NCBI GenBank assembly: GCA_043228905.1
Contig: JBHGNT010000002.1
Coordinates: 25,730,001-25,794,000 of the forward strand
DNA length: 64,000 nucleotides
Direction: 5' to 3'
DNA from: Azolla caroliniana
Taxonomy: Eukaryota; Plantae; Polypodiophyta
Shown: piece by piece, positions 36,701-46,540 of the stretch
How positions within the stretch are numbered: position 1 is the first letter of the stretch
How the letters are laid out: every line of letters starts with the position of its first letter
The notes under the pieces: generated by a model
The model's input: the letters and a program-made list of their open reading frames with translations, nothing else
Databases searched by the model: none
Told to the model about the DNA's origin: nothing
Translations under genes and position numbers: made by a program

Positions 36701-39014
36701 AGTACTAATCATGCACAATATACACAAGTAGTACTAATCATGCACAAGTACTAATCCCGAAAAATGCACCACTGACTTTGTCAAATTTATAAGTAGTACT
36801 AATCTTGAACAATGTACTACTCACTTATTTCCTAAATCACTGAACTAGTACTAATCCCGAACAATGTACTGCTCACTTAGTTCCCAAATTACACAAATAG
36901 TACTAATCATGCACAATATACTACTCACTTAGTTACCAATTTACACAAATAAGGTACAAATCTAGTACTAATAGGGAACAAAGTACTACTCAGTTCCCAA
37001 ATTACAAAACTAGTACTAATCATGAGCAATGTACTACTCACTTAGTTACAAAACTATTACTAATCATGAGCAATGTACTAGAAACTTAGTTCACAAAGTA
37101 CAAAACTAGTACTAATCATGAACAATGTAGTAATTACTAAGTACTAATCCAACAAATGTAGATTGGTATTTTGCACACAAGTAATACTAAACGTGATATG
37201 TGTTCTACACACCTAGTTACATAACTTGTACTAATTACACCAACAGTATTGAACTTGAACAGTATTAGTACTAAACGTGATATGTGTTTCACACACCTCA
37301 TTTCCAAATTACAGAAACTGTACTATTATTCAGCAATTTAAGTGACACCTTGTTCCCAAATTACATTACTAGTACTAATTTCCAAGTTACACAAACAATA
37401 CTAACAGTCAACAGTGTACTATAAGTATAGTGTTTACTAAACTAATACTAGGCAAGTTACAATATAGATTGGACGATGTTGTACCTGGTTCCCTTTTAGT
37501 ACTACTAATTCTGGAAAATATCCCTTCAACTAACTACACATACCAATTATATATTAAGAGTACTGCCAATACTATCCCATTGTTGTTAGAGATACACTAA
37601 TACTAATCCATTGTTCTCCTAAATTTTAAGTATGAATTGTGGCATACACTAGTTCTAGTCCAAATGATAATTGACATTATATAATACAAACAATAGAATA
37701 GTAGAGCCACATACCGTACGGGTGTACTTTTAAACCCCAAGCATAGTACCACTCAGCCGCAATTGTAGTTTTACAGTCCATACATGTATTCTCTTTCTCA
37801 AAATGATACTTAGCACATAGCACATGATATGTGTGCAAGCATGGTGTAATCACAACATCCATAGCCTCCAGCTTGAATCCGAGGCCACAAAATATACACC
37901 TGGAAGATTGCAAACACAAGTTATAATATATTAGCTGCTCACTTATTTATACCATAAAAGTAGAAATAAATAACTTTTAAAGCTAATACCGTGATATAGC
38001 TATACTAGTAATGGTACTTTCTATACCACTTGGGTGCTCAATTACAGATGGACACAAAGTATCAAAACCATTATGTTTTAAATCCTGCATCAAGCATGCA
38101 AGGTTCTCAGAATGCAACTTTAAGGCTGACAACTTATTATCTATTTCTTCATGTGCATTCCTGCAAGTATCAAGGTCTGTCATCTGTGAATGTAATTGAG
38201 CACCCATATTGTTCAGCTCTTTCTTCAACTCCTCTTTCAACACCTCACTTTCTGAATTTTGGATTGTCGATGCAATCCATTCATATGTAGTCTTTATTGA
38301 AGAAAATTTCTTTTCTGCCTGTATCTCAGGTGATTTAACTGCTTCCAAATCAGCAAGTAGTGCTTGTATTCTTGAGCTCATAGAAGCTATGCAACCAGCA
38401 ATCATCTGTTCATGTTTTTCAGTCATTGTGGCCCGTACCTTTGCCTCTAGAACTTGTTGGACAGGTGTTGTAGCTGGAATATCCACATGAGAGGTTCCAG
38501 ATGACTTCAAGCCAGTGTTGGTACTGGAGGACCCTTTGTAATGTTCTGACCGGTGCCGATTAAAATCTTCCCAATTAACGTCGATGCCACCTTGAACTTC
38601 ACATGCAAAAGCACGTGCAAAAACAGTACCCACCTCATTGTTAGTGATTTGATTTGTATCATAAACATGTTCGTATCTCGTCTTCAATAAATTGATGTAT
38701 TCCCTCTTCAAACCACTCATGTGGAATCCTCGCCTTGTGTCGGGATGTGCTGACCCCCAGGTTTTTAACAACCACTCTCTCAGCTCTGGGTAAACGTCAG
38801 GTCGTGCCCGAAGGAAATAATTCCATCCAAGAGGTGTGTCTCGACTGATGGACTGGTACTGCCAGGTCTTCTTTCTCTGTGTTGATGAATTCATCACCCT
38901 TTCTCTTGTGGGTGTCTTCTTGCTTTCTTTCATGGGTGTCCTTCTTCCTTCCTTCACTGGTGTCTTCACTTTCTCTTTCATCAATGTCTTCTTTATGGGT
39001 GTCCTTCTCGTCAT
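33727..39014 (-). CDS. Transposon accessory gene or genes, multi-exon: basic TPxK repeats, helical/coiled-coil region, RING-H2 finger, acidic 18-aa repeats, C-terminal helical exons
   Basis: Exon 39014-37990 splices in phase (GT-AG) to 37899-37715, encoding CIFC...CLHTYHVLC...CMDC. Further coding blocks at about 36378-35960, 35921-35605, 35555-34513, 34236-33960 and 33912-33727. Splicing downstream of the RING exon is uncertain and this may be two genes. Confidence 0.65.
35125..35380 (-). repeat. 54-bp coding tandem repeat (EAHEECGKNMASTEEKI-type, about 4.5 copies)
   Basis: Seen in ORF 34513-35388; each unit contains TTCAGTACTTGCC on the plus strand. Confidence 0.9.
36395..37620. repeat. Degenerate tandem array rich in AGTACTAAT and CAATGTACT within the accessory-gene intron
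   Basis: Recurrent unit of about 55 bp, TAGTACTAATCATGAACAATGTACTACTCACTTAGTTCCCAAATTACAC, with variants. Confidence 0.85.
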
Positions 39015-39734
39015 TTTCCTAGTCAACACAATTCTCATCAACACATAGCAAATCAATTACCATCAACACATCGCAATTACCATCAACACATAGCAAATCA
39101 TCACATTGCATGTACAAACCACATGTACAAACCACATAGCAAATCATCACATTGCAAATCAACACACAATAACCCTAAATAGTCAAACACACAGAAAATA
39201 AAACTCATCCATGTCAAACACACAGAAAATAAAAACAGACGAATAGGAAAGTCAAAGAAAACGAAAACTTTGTAAATCATCATAACCAACTCCATCACAT
39301 CGCATGTACAAGCCATGTCCAACATACAAAAACCCAAAATAGTAGGAAAAAAACTCATCCATGCCAAACTCACACAAAATAAAAACAGATGGACATGAAA
39401 CATTAACAAAACAAAAACATAGCAACTCATCATAGCCAACTCCATTTTGGCCACATGTACAAACATGTCTAACACACAACCACATCGAACAAAATATTGT
39501 GATACATTTTTAAAAGAAACACAGAGAAACACAGAGAAAACAAAAACATACCAGTTGGGCATGCAACACATAGACTATGAATAATCAAAACCTACAAATG
39601 GTCATACACATACAAATAAAAAACAGACAGAGAGGAAACATTCAGAAAAAGAATACATACCAGTTGGGCATGCAACACAGAGAATACCTGGAGGTCGCTA
39701 AACTTGCAGAGGTACCACACCGTCTTGATTTCGA

Positions 39735-40135
39735 TACCTTGGGAGACAAACGAGAAAACTTCAGGATGACAAACGAGCAAAACGTCAGAGGCTGCTGCAG
39801 AGGAGACAAACGAGCAAACTTCAGAGGCTGCTGCAGAGGAGACAAACTTCAGAGGCTGCTGCGTATACAGAGTTCAGAGATCGAACCTGGCACAGAGGGG
39901 AACACAAGAACAACAACAACGGGGAAACAGAGAATCGAAGGTGGAGTGAGAGAGAGAAACAGAAAGAAAGAAAGAAAGAGACCTTCGAAGGTGGAGTGAG
40001 AGACAGAGAGAAACAGACCTTCGAAGGTGTCTGTCTGACAACTTCGAGGTAGAAGAGAGAGAGAGAGAGACAGAGAGTGAGTGAGAGACAAAGAGAAACA
40101 GACCCTCGACGGTGTCTGTCTGACAACTTCGAGAC

Positions 40136-40187
<52 letters not shown>

Positions 40188-40276
40188 CAGACAGACAGAG
40201 AGACAGAGAGACAGAGAGTGAGTGAGAGACAGAGAGAAACAGACCTTCGAAGGTGTCTGTCTGACAACTTCGAGAC

Positions 40277-40320
<44 letters not shown>

Positions 40321-40530
40321 GAGAGAGAGACATACCAACTGACACGTTCGACTACCAATACCAGAGAGAGAGAGATTGACACTGACCACCTGTCACAATG
40401 GAAACCTTCTCCAGGTGTGCTTTCGTACAACTCTACCTAGGAGACTGGGGCAACACTTAATGCATTAAATATGGCCTAGGGACATTCGAGTGTGACGTAT
40501 AATATCTTTGAACATTCGAGTGTGACGTAA
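39735..40530. repeat. Right subterminal repeats of the Sola2-like element
   Basis: GGAGACAAAC/AGAGGCTGCTGC repeats; ACAGACCTTCGAAGGTGTCTGT-type palindrome three times among (GA)n runs; ACATTCGAGTGTGACGTA twice. Confidence 0.8.
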
Positions 40531-40649
40531 TGAATTTGTTTTTGGTTTTTTGAAATTTATTTACAATTTTTAATGTTTCTTTTCTTCTTCGATTTAGTAC
40601 TAAATTTTTGGCCAAAAGTTGGTACACCGTAGCATGCTTCGACCCATAG

Positions 40650-40985
40650 TCTCTAGAATATGAAATCTAATATCATAGGAATATTCTATATTACTCTACA
40701 TTCTAGAATGACCTAGAATATTCTAGAGTGTTCTATACCACTAGAACCTTCTAGAATACTCTAGAGATCTTCTAGATTACTCTACATTCTAGGATAACCT
40801 AGAATATTCTAGAGAGTTCTCTATTACTTATAAATAGGGATCTACCACCCATCCCAAACCTAAATTGGTTCAACGCCATTTTGTAGCCTACTCTTTGTAA
40901 TCCATTTTACGCTTCAATATAATAATTCTCTTTCAATTATCTCTCTATCTCTTTTTCTCTCTCTTTCTTTCTCTCAGTCTTGACA
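40650..40985 (+). repeat. Element E 3' LTR, right part
   Basis: Resumes TCTCTAGAATATG and ends TCTTGACA followed by the TSD ATATG. Confidence 0.95.
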
Positions 40986-43049
40986 ATATGGATCCCGCAT
41001 TACGCACACGTCGCGGAGCCGCTGTACGGGTTGCTGAAGAAAGGGCGAAGGTTCGAATGGCTTGACGAGCACACGGAGTCAGTCCGGAAGCTGAAGGAGG
41101 CTCTTTCGGCAGCACCGGCGCTCCGGAAGGCCGTCTACAAGAAGGGCACCCCAGTATACATAACGGTTGACACGAGTCCGACCGGAATCGGGTGGGTCGT
41201 CAACCAGCAAGACGAGGACGGCAATCGGTTCCCGATCCGATTCGGCGCGAAAGTCCTCAGTGAGCGACAACGAGGATACTCCCAAGTTAAACGCGAACTC
41301 TGGGGTATCGTTTCGGCGGTGAAGGCCGACAAAGACTATCTGATCGGGACAGAGGTAATCATAGAGACGGATTGCATGCCGATTCTCGGCATGGTTTCAG
41401 GATGCGCGACGCCGGACCTGGCGATGCTCAGGTGGATAGCGTACATCAAGTCCCTGGACCCGGAAATACGACACATTTCTGGGAAAGACAACGCCATGGC
41501 CGACATGCTTTCAAGGGCGAGATTCGATGACGAGGGCGGCATGGTTTCGGAGGACGAAGAGGTCGGCGTGGACTTCTTCGAGGCAGCATACGTAACAACC
41601 GGCGGGACGAGCACTCCGGCGCTTAACGACTTCGACGCGAGCAAGTACGACGGGGAGTGGCTGCAGATCGGCGGGTTCTTGAGGACAATGGCGCCGGATG
41701 CGTCATGGACGAAAGACGAGGCCAACTGGATCCGGAAGAAAGCGTACCGGTTCTTTCTCCGGAATGGCTATCTATGGAAGCACCCGAAGAAGAGGGACGG
41801 CGCTCCGCTCCGGGTGGTGGCGATGAAGGAAGAACAGGAGGAGCTGCTGACGGCCTACCACGACAGCCCTTGGGCCGGACACCGTGGAACTTGGGCCACG
41901 TTCGAGAAGATAAAGGAGAAGTACTGGTGGCCGGGACTGTACCGGGACGTGCATCGATTAGTGACAACTTGCGAGAGCTGTCAGATGCACTCCGTGGTCC
42001 GACACCGGGACGAGCTTCACCCTACGTACCCTCCGACCATCCACTTCAAATGGATGGTAGATCTGGTGACGATGCCAATGGGGGTAGGACAGATGCGGTA
42101 CCTGGTCCTAGCGCGGGAGGATCTGACGAACCAGGTGGAAGGCCGGGCCCTTCCGAACAAAACGACCGCGGCCGTATGTCGGTTCCTAATTGAGGACGTG
42201 ATATGCCGGTACGGGTGCGTCGGGAAGATCGTGGCTGACCGAGGGGAGTTGGACGCCGAAGAAGCCGCGGAGCTGTTCGACCGGCTGGGAGTCAAGCTCT
42301 CGCTCACCACTGCGTGCAATCCGGAGGCGAATGGAAAGGTGGAGCGCGGACACGGACCGATCGTCAAGGCGCTGGTTCGAGCATGCGGAGGCCAAGCCGG
42401 TAACTGGCCGCGGCTGCTACCTTATGCTTTGTGGGCAGACCGGACCACGCACAGTTCGGTAACCGGGTACATGCCGACGGAGCTCATGTTCGGCCAGAAG
42501 CCGATCATGCCGATCGAACGGACGATCTCCTCGTGGGCAACGGTCGACTGGAGGGACGAGATGAGCCGGGAGGAGTTGTTGGCCGCGCGTATACGACAGC
42601 TCGAGCGGAGACCGGAGGACGTGGAACTGGCTGCGGAGAAGCTCCAGGTGGCGAGGACAAAGAACAAAGCCAGGTTCGACCGAACGCACCGGCTCCGACC
42701 GAAGAAAATCGACGAAGGTGACAGCAGCCTCGACAGCAGCCTCGACAACCAGCACCGAGCTACACGGAAGTTCGCACGAAGGTGGTTCGGGCCTTACGTG
42801 GTGCGGAGCGCCAATGACAACGGGACATATCACCTGGCGGAACTGGACGACACGAGAATGGCGATACCGGTTGCAGGGAAGCGGATCAAAACGTTCAAGA
42901 AGCGACACGACGACGAGCCAGACCCGGCTCTCCTAGTCAGCAGTGACGAACGATCCGAAAGCGAGGAAGAACCGACGGGCGAGGAACGAAGACGGGCCGG
43001 TTTTCTCCGTCCCAACTCTCTTGGCGCATACCGGAGGATGCGCGGTTAG
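40986..43049 (+). CDS. pol: Element A Pol, C-terminal part (RT thumb, RNase H, integrase)
   Basis: VDTSPTGIG, ETDC, ADMLSR, HHCC (HDSPWAGH..CESC), DLV/DRGE/NGKVER, WFGPY; no chromodomain. Confidence 0.92.
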   Translation: MWIPHYAHVAEPLYGLLKKGRRFEWLDEHTESVRKLKEALSAAPALRKAVYKKGTPVYITVDTSPTGIGWVVNQQDEDGNRFPIRFGAKVLSERQRGYSQVKRELWGIVSAVKADKDYLIGTEVIIETDCMPILGMVSGCATPDLAMLRWIAYIKSLDPEIRHISGKDNAMADMLSRARFDDEGGMVSEDEEVGVDFFEAAYVTTGGTSTPALNDFDASKYDGEWLQIGGFLRTMAPDASWTKDEANWIRKKAYRFFLRNGYLWKHPKKRDGAPLRVVAMKEEQEELLTAYHDSPWAGHRGTWATFEKIKEKYWWPGLYRDVHRLVTTCESCQMHSVVRHRDELHPTYPPTIHFKWMVDLVTMPMGVGQMRYLVLAREDLTNQVEGRALPNKTTAAVCRFLIEDVICRYGCVGKIVADRGELDAEEAAELFDRLGVKLSLTTACNPEANGKVERGHGPIVKALVRACGGQAGNWPRLLPYALWADRTTHSSVTGYMPTELMFGQKPIMPIERTISSWATVDWRDEMSREELLAARIRQLERRPEDVELAAEKLQVARTKNKARFDRTHRLRPKKIDEGDSSLDSSLDNQHRATRKFARRWFGPYVVRSANDNGTYHLAELDDTRMAIPVAGKRIKTFKKRHDDEPDPALLVSSDERSESEEEPTGEERRRAGFLRPNSLGAYRRMRG

Positions 43050-43060
43050 GTGGGGGCGGA

Positions 43061-43859
43061 TGTCGTGAAGAAAACCGTCCATAGGCGGAATCGGCGCACC
43101 CAGGCGTGGGAACCGGTTCTTCACGCGCGCAAGCTCCAAGTTGTACATAGAAGCGAATTCGGAGGATAATCGGCAGGAACGGGCCCTAACACAAGTGGAG
43201 ACAAAGACCGCGCGAACAGTCTTTTCGGTCGCGCGCGCGAGCGAAGGAACTGTACGAGTCGGCGGCGTAACTACGCGGACGCGTGAAGGACGGAGCGGAT
43301 CCCTGTCCAAAAGGGACAGGGAATAAAGCTGACATGACGGCCTGCTCGTCGGCCTATATAAGGAGCAGGAAAGAGCTGTTGCAGGGATCTTGCGCAGAGA
43401 GGACGAAGTGCTGCCGGACCGTTTCTGGACGCTTCGCTCTCTGTTTCCTTCCTTCTTGAGCTCCATAGCTTTCTGTGCAGGGTTCCGAGGAGGCTCGCGC
43501 TGTTTTCGAGGAACGCCCGAGTGCTTCCGGCAGCACCTCCGACCTGCTACCCCCCCGCTTTGTGCGTCGAGGCGAACAGGCATCGGCATCTGTTCGTCGG
43601 CCTGTTCGGTTGCAGACAACCTGTGCCCCATCGAGGGTTGTAGTCGTGTTAGCCATTTTTCTTAATATACATATTTAGTCATTCGCATCTGTCTGTGTCG
43701 GTGTCTGTTCGCGTTCTCCGTGCTGAAGGGCCGTGTCCCTGTGTACCCCCCGGTCCTGCGTAGCCGGTTCTCTCTCTTTCTCCTCCCTCGCTTGCTCTTT
43801 GGTTCGAGGCCCCCGCGGTCCCGCCTCGTTTCCACACGCACTTGCGTAATATCTCGACA
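43061..43859 (+). repeat. Element A 3' LTR, preceded by PPT-like GGTGGGGGCGGA
   Basis: 799-bp near-identical copy of 18878-19676. Confidence 0.95.
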
Positions 43860-44432
43860 ATATTTAGTGAACCATACGTGAATAGGCGGCAGAGGAATAG
43901 GAAGATGAGGGGATCGGAGCTTGCAGAAGCCATGGCTTCAGCTGTGGATCGGATAATGAGTGCGCGCGAAGGCGCAGGCGCCCTCGATAGGGCCATTGAA
44001 GCGATTGTCGGCACGATAGGCCGGTTTAGCGGAAAGGACGCCACGAGCTATTTGGAGGCCTACCGAGCCGAAATGATGACGAGGGACATTTCGGAGGATA
44101 GGCGACTGGACAGATTCCCTTGGGTGGCAATGCCGAGCATCCATGCGGAGATGCTCGAGGTATGGGCTGAGAGCCAGACCTGGGAAGAATTTGAAGGTCG
44201 ACTCCTTGAGAAATACGGGCTTGATGACGCGCTTTGGCTATCGAAGCGGGACTTCATGGAATGGGTGGAGACCCCCGAAAAGGGGAGAAACGTGTCGGTG
44301 CTCCTCTGGGAGTTTGAAGAACGGTTCACGCGTCTTTCGGCACTGGACCGGACCGTACTGGACACAAGTCGTGTCCTATTGTTTGTTAAATCGGTGGACG
44401 TGAGGGACCGGGAGCAAGTGGGCCTCCTGCTG
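43860..44432 (+). pseudogene. gag: Degenerate PBS and gag 5' part of the older copy A'
   Basis: TAGTGAACCATACGTGAA (mutated Trp PBS), then MRGSELAEAMASAVDR...REQVGLLL, homologous to element A Gag; cut by LTR C. Confidence 0.88.
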
Positions 44433-45295
44433 TGTTGGGAGACAGGTCCCTCCGGATGGGTAGAGAGAAGAACAATGCCGATGAACAAACTCGGCCGAGG
44501 CCAAAATCGGGTGAGGAGTACCCGGCTACAGAGAGCCGAATGGTGCAGACCCGGTGAGAACCGGATGAGGAGTACCCGGCTACGGAGAGCCGGATGGTGC
44601 AGACCCGGTGAGAACCGGATGAGGAGTACCCGGCTACGAAGAGCCGGATGACGCAGACCCGGTGAGAACCGGATGAAGAGTACCCGACTACGGAGAGCCG
44701 GATGACGCAGACCCGGTGAGAACCGGATGAGGAGTACCCGGCTATGGAGAGCCGGATGACGCAGACCCGGTGAGAACCGGATGAGGAGTACCCGGCTACG
44801 GAGAGCCGGATGGTGCAGACCTGGTGAGATCTAGATGAGGAGTACCCGGCTATGGAGAGCCGGATGGTGCAGACCAGGTGAGAACCGGATGAAGAGACAT
44901 ATTCGTAAATATGTTTCTGAGAGTCCATCGAGGCTATATTTGTAAATAGCCGAAAAGTCATATTAATATAAATATGACTTAGGGCAAACTTTTATAAATG
45001 GTAGTTGTTGTCATTTTCTTGTTGGTGCAAGAAGAGAGAGCGCGTAACAGTGTACAGAGAGAGAGAGAGAGAACGAGGTCGTTGCCTCTGTTGTAACCGC
45101 CGCCTGTGGCGAGGATCGTGAGCACGAGGTCTTTGCCTCCGTGAACTCACTGTTGTACATTCTAGCATAGTGATAGTTTGCAGCCTGTGGGCTGCCGTGG
45201 TTTTTTCCGTTGGTTTGGGTTTTCCACGTAAACATCCTGTGTACTCGTCTCTTCTTCGTGTCGTGTTTTTATTTCCTGTTTTCTGTGTATGATTC
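44433..45295 (+). mobile_element. LTR C: copia-like LTR inserted in A' gag, truncated by element D
   Basis: Starts TGTTGGGAG exactly where gag homology stops; TATAAAT near 44993; GGGTTTTCCACGTAAA..TGTGT motif common near the 3' end of copia LTRs. Confidence 0.65.
44513..44893. repeat. 54-bp tandem array, about 7 copies, inside LTR C
   Basis: Unit GAGGAGTACCCGGCTACGGAGAGCCGGATGGTGCAGACCCGGTGAGAACCGGAT. Confidence 0.95.
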
Positions 45296-46019
45296 TGTTA
45301 TGTACACATAACGTTGGTGAGGGTAGGTCACTAATATTTACATTAGTGAAGGGTATGTTCACTATTATTAAAAAGGGGACTAATGATTGGATAGAATGAA
45401 TGATATGTGCATGCACTATCATGATTTAGACAACCAATGAATAGAGAGCCTTTTAGAAAGGCACATCTATTCAAGGGGCCTAGGAAAAGGTATAAATATG
45501 AGGCTTAGCTACCCTCATAGGAATCACGTCGGAAGGCTGTTGTCGTAGACACCGGTGGTGCGGGCTAGGCTTTCGTCTCGACGATCGTGTTTATCTCTTC
45601 CAAGGTATTAGTCATCCTAATATCCGGCGGTATGGGACGTCAGTGGTAGGTTGGCTATGTCTAGATCATAGCTCGGGGGTGGTCGGGTGGAACGGGTTCT
45701 TCTATCCAATCTATTTTCTTCCTTTTTACTTGATTTGGTCTATTGATTAGTAATAGACTCTTAACAGTGGTATCAGAGCTTTTACTAACAATTTTTTTTG
45801 TTGTTTTGATGTTTTTTGCGTGTGAGCGAGGGGGATCTAACAAGGCTCGTCATGCTCTTCTCAGGATCAAAACAACACTCTAAACCCGGTATTCTTCTTT
45901 TTTGATCTCTTCTCTTTTTCTATTATGCGTTCTTTATGGTCGAATCAAATTGGTATTACGTTTTATTCTCTTTCTTTCTACCTCCTACTACGCTACGATT
46001 TTACTTATTATTATGCATC

Positions 46020-46540
46020 GGGCCGAGCGTGTTTGCACTAATCGCACACGCTCAACTCATGGCCTTTTGCATATTGCGATATATATCCCACTCTCTCCTC
46101 TCTTGAACTCTTACGATAATAATTATTCTTGTGCATTGGGTCGAGCGTGTTTGCTCTAATCGCACACGCTTATCTCATGGCCGTTTTGCATATGATGTTG
46201 AGTATACCACTCTTCCCCTCTATTGAGCCATCACTTGGCCGATTCTAAGGGATGATGTGGCCTTGACAAGGTGTATGTTGCCTACCTATGCCACTCTACT
46301 CTCTATTAAGCCATCAATTGGCCGATTCTATGGGATGTTGTGGCCTTGACAAGGTATATGTAGCTTACATATGCCACTTTCCTTTTTAATTAGCCATCAA
46401 TTGGCCGATTCTAAGGGATGATGTGGCCTTGACGAGGTATATGTCACTTACCTATGCCACTTTCCTCTTTAATTAGCCATTACTTGGCCGATTCTAGGGA
46501 TATGTGGTGGTCTTGAGGAGGTGCATGTCAACTACCCTAG
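46020..46540. repeat. Tandem repeats in the element D 5' leader
   Basis: CGAGCGTGTTTGC.CTAATCGCACACGCT twice; TTGGCCGATTCTA-led unit of about 83 bp four times. Confidence 0.85.

Larger units (their letters stand above)
28771..40645 (+). mobile_element. 11.9-kb Sola2-like cut-and-paste DNA transposon
   Basis: 4-bp TSD ATAG (28767-28770 and 40646-40649), confirmed by the empty site in the 5' LTR. 26-bp TIRs GGGTAGAAGCACGCTACGGTGTACCA and TGGTACACCGTAGCATGCTTCGACCC with 2 mismatches. DDD transposase. The superfamily call rests on recalled Sola2 hallmarks (GRG ends, 4-bp TSD, DFxEN/SDG/HGKxxxDG). Confidence 0.88.
23322..40985 (+). mobile_element. Element E: Tcn1-like chromovirus (Ty3/gypsy) with intact ORFs; 3' LTR split by the Sola2-like transposon
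   Basis: TSD ATATG at 23317-23321 and 40986-40990; 471-bp TG..CA LTRs; PPT GAAGAAGGGGGATAG 28621-28635; host pol resumes HI-WIPH. Confidence 0.95.
18878..43859 (+). mobile_element. Element A: full-length GC-rich non-chromovirus Ty3/gypsy LTR retrotransposon, interrupted in pol by element E
   Basis: 799-bp TG..CA LTRs at 18878-19676 and 43061-43859, about 8 differences by eye; PBS, gag-PR, RT-RH-INT and PPT present. No TSD (flanks AACGC and ATATT). Confidence 0.95.

Noticed and set aside
31800-37620. CRISPR-like appearance of the repeat arrays (also 44513-44893)
   Set aside because: Units are contiguous tandem copies without unique spacers, no cas genes, eukaryotic context.
39101-40430. Hydrophobic and SL-rich ORFs at the right end of the DNA transposon
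   Set aside because: Low-complexity translations of intron/UTR repeats and GA runs.
28771-40645. Classification as CACTA, MULE, hAT or Harbinger
   Set aside because: GGG termini and a 4-bp TSD do not fit CACTA (3 bp), MULE (9-11 bp), hAT (8 bp) or Harbinger (3 bp).
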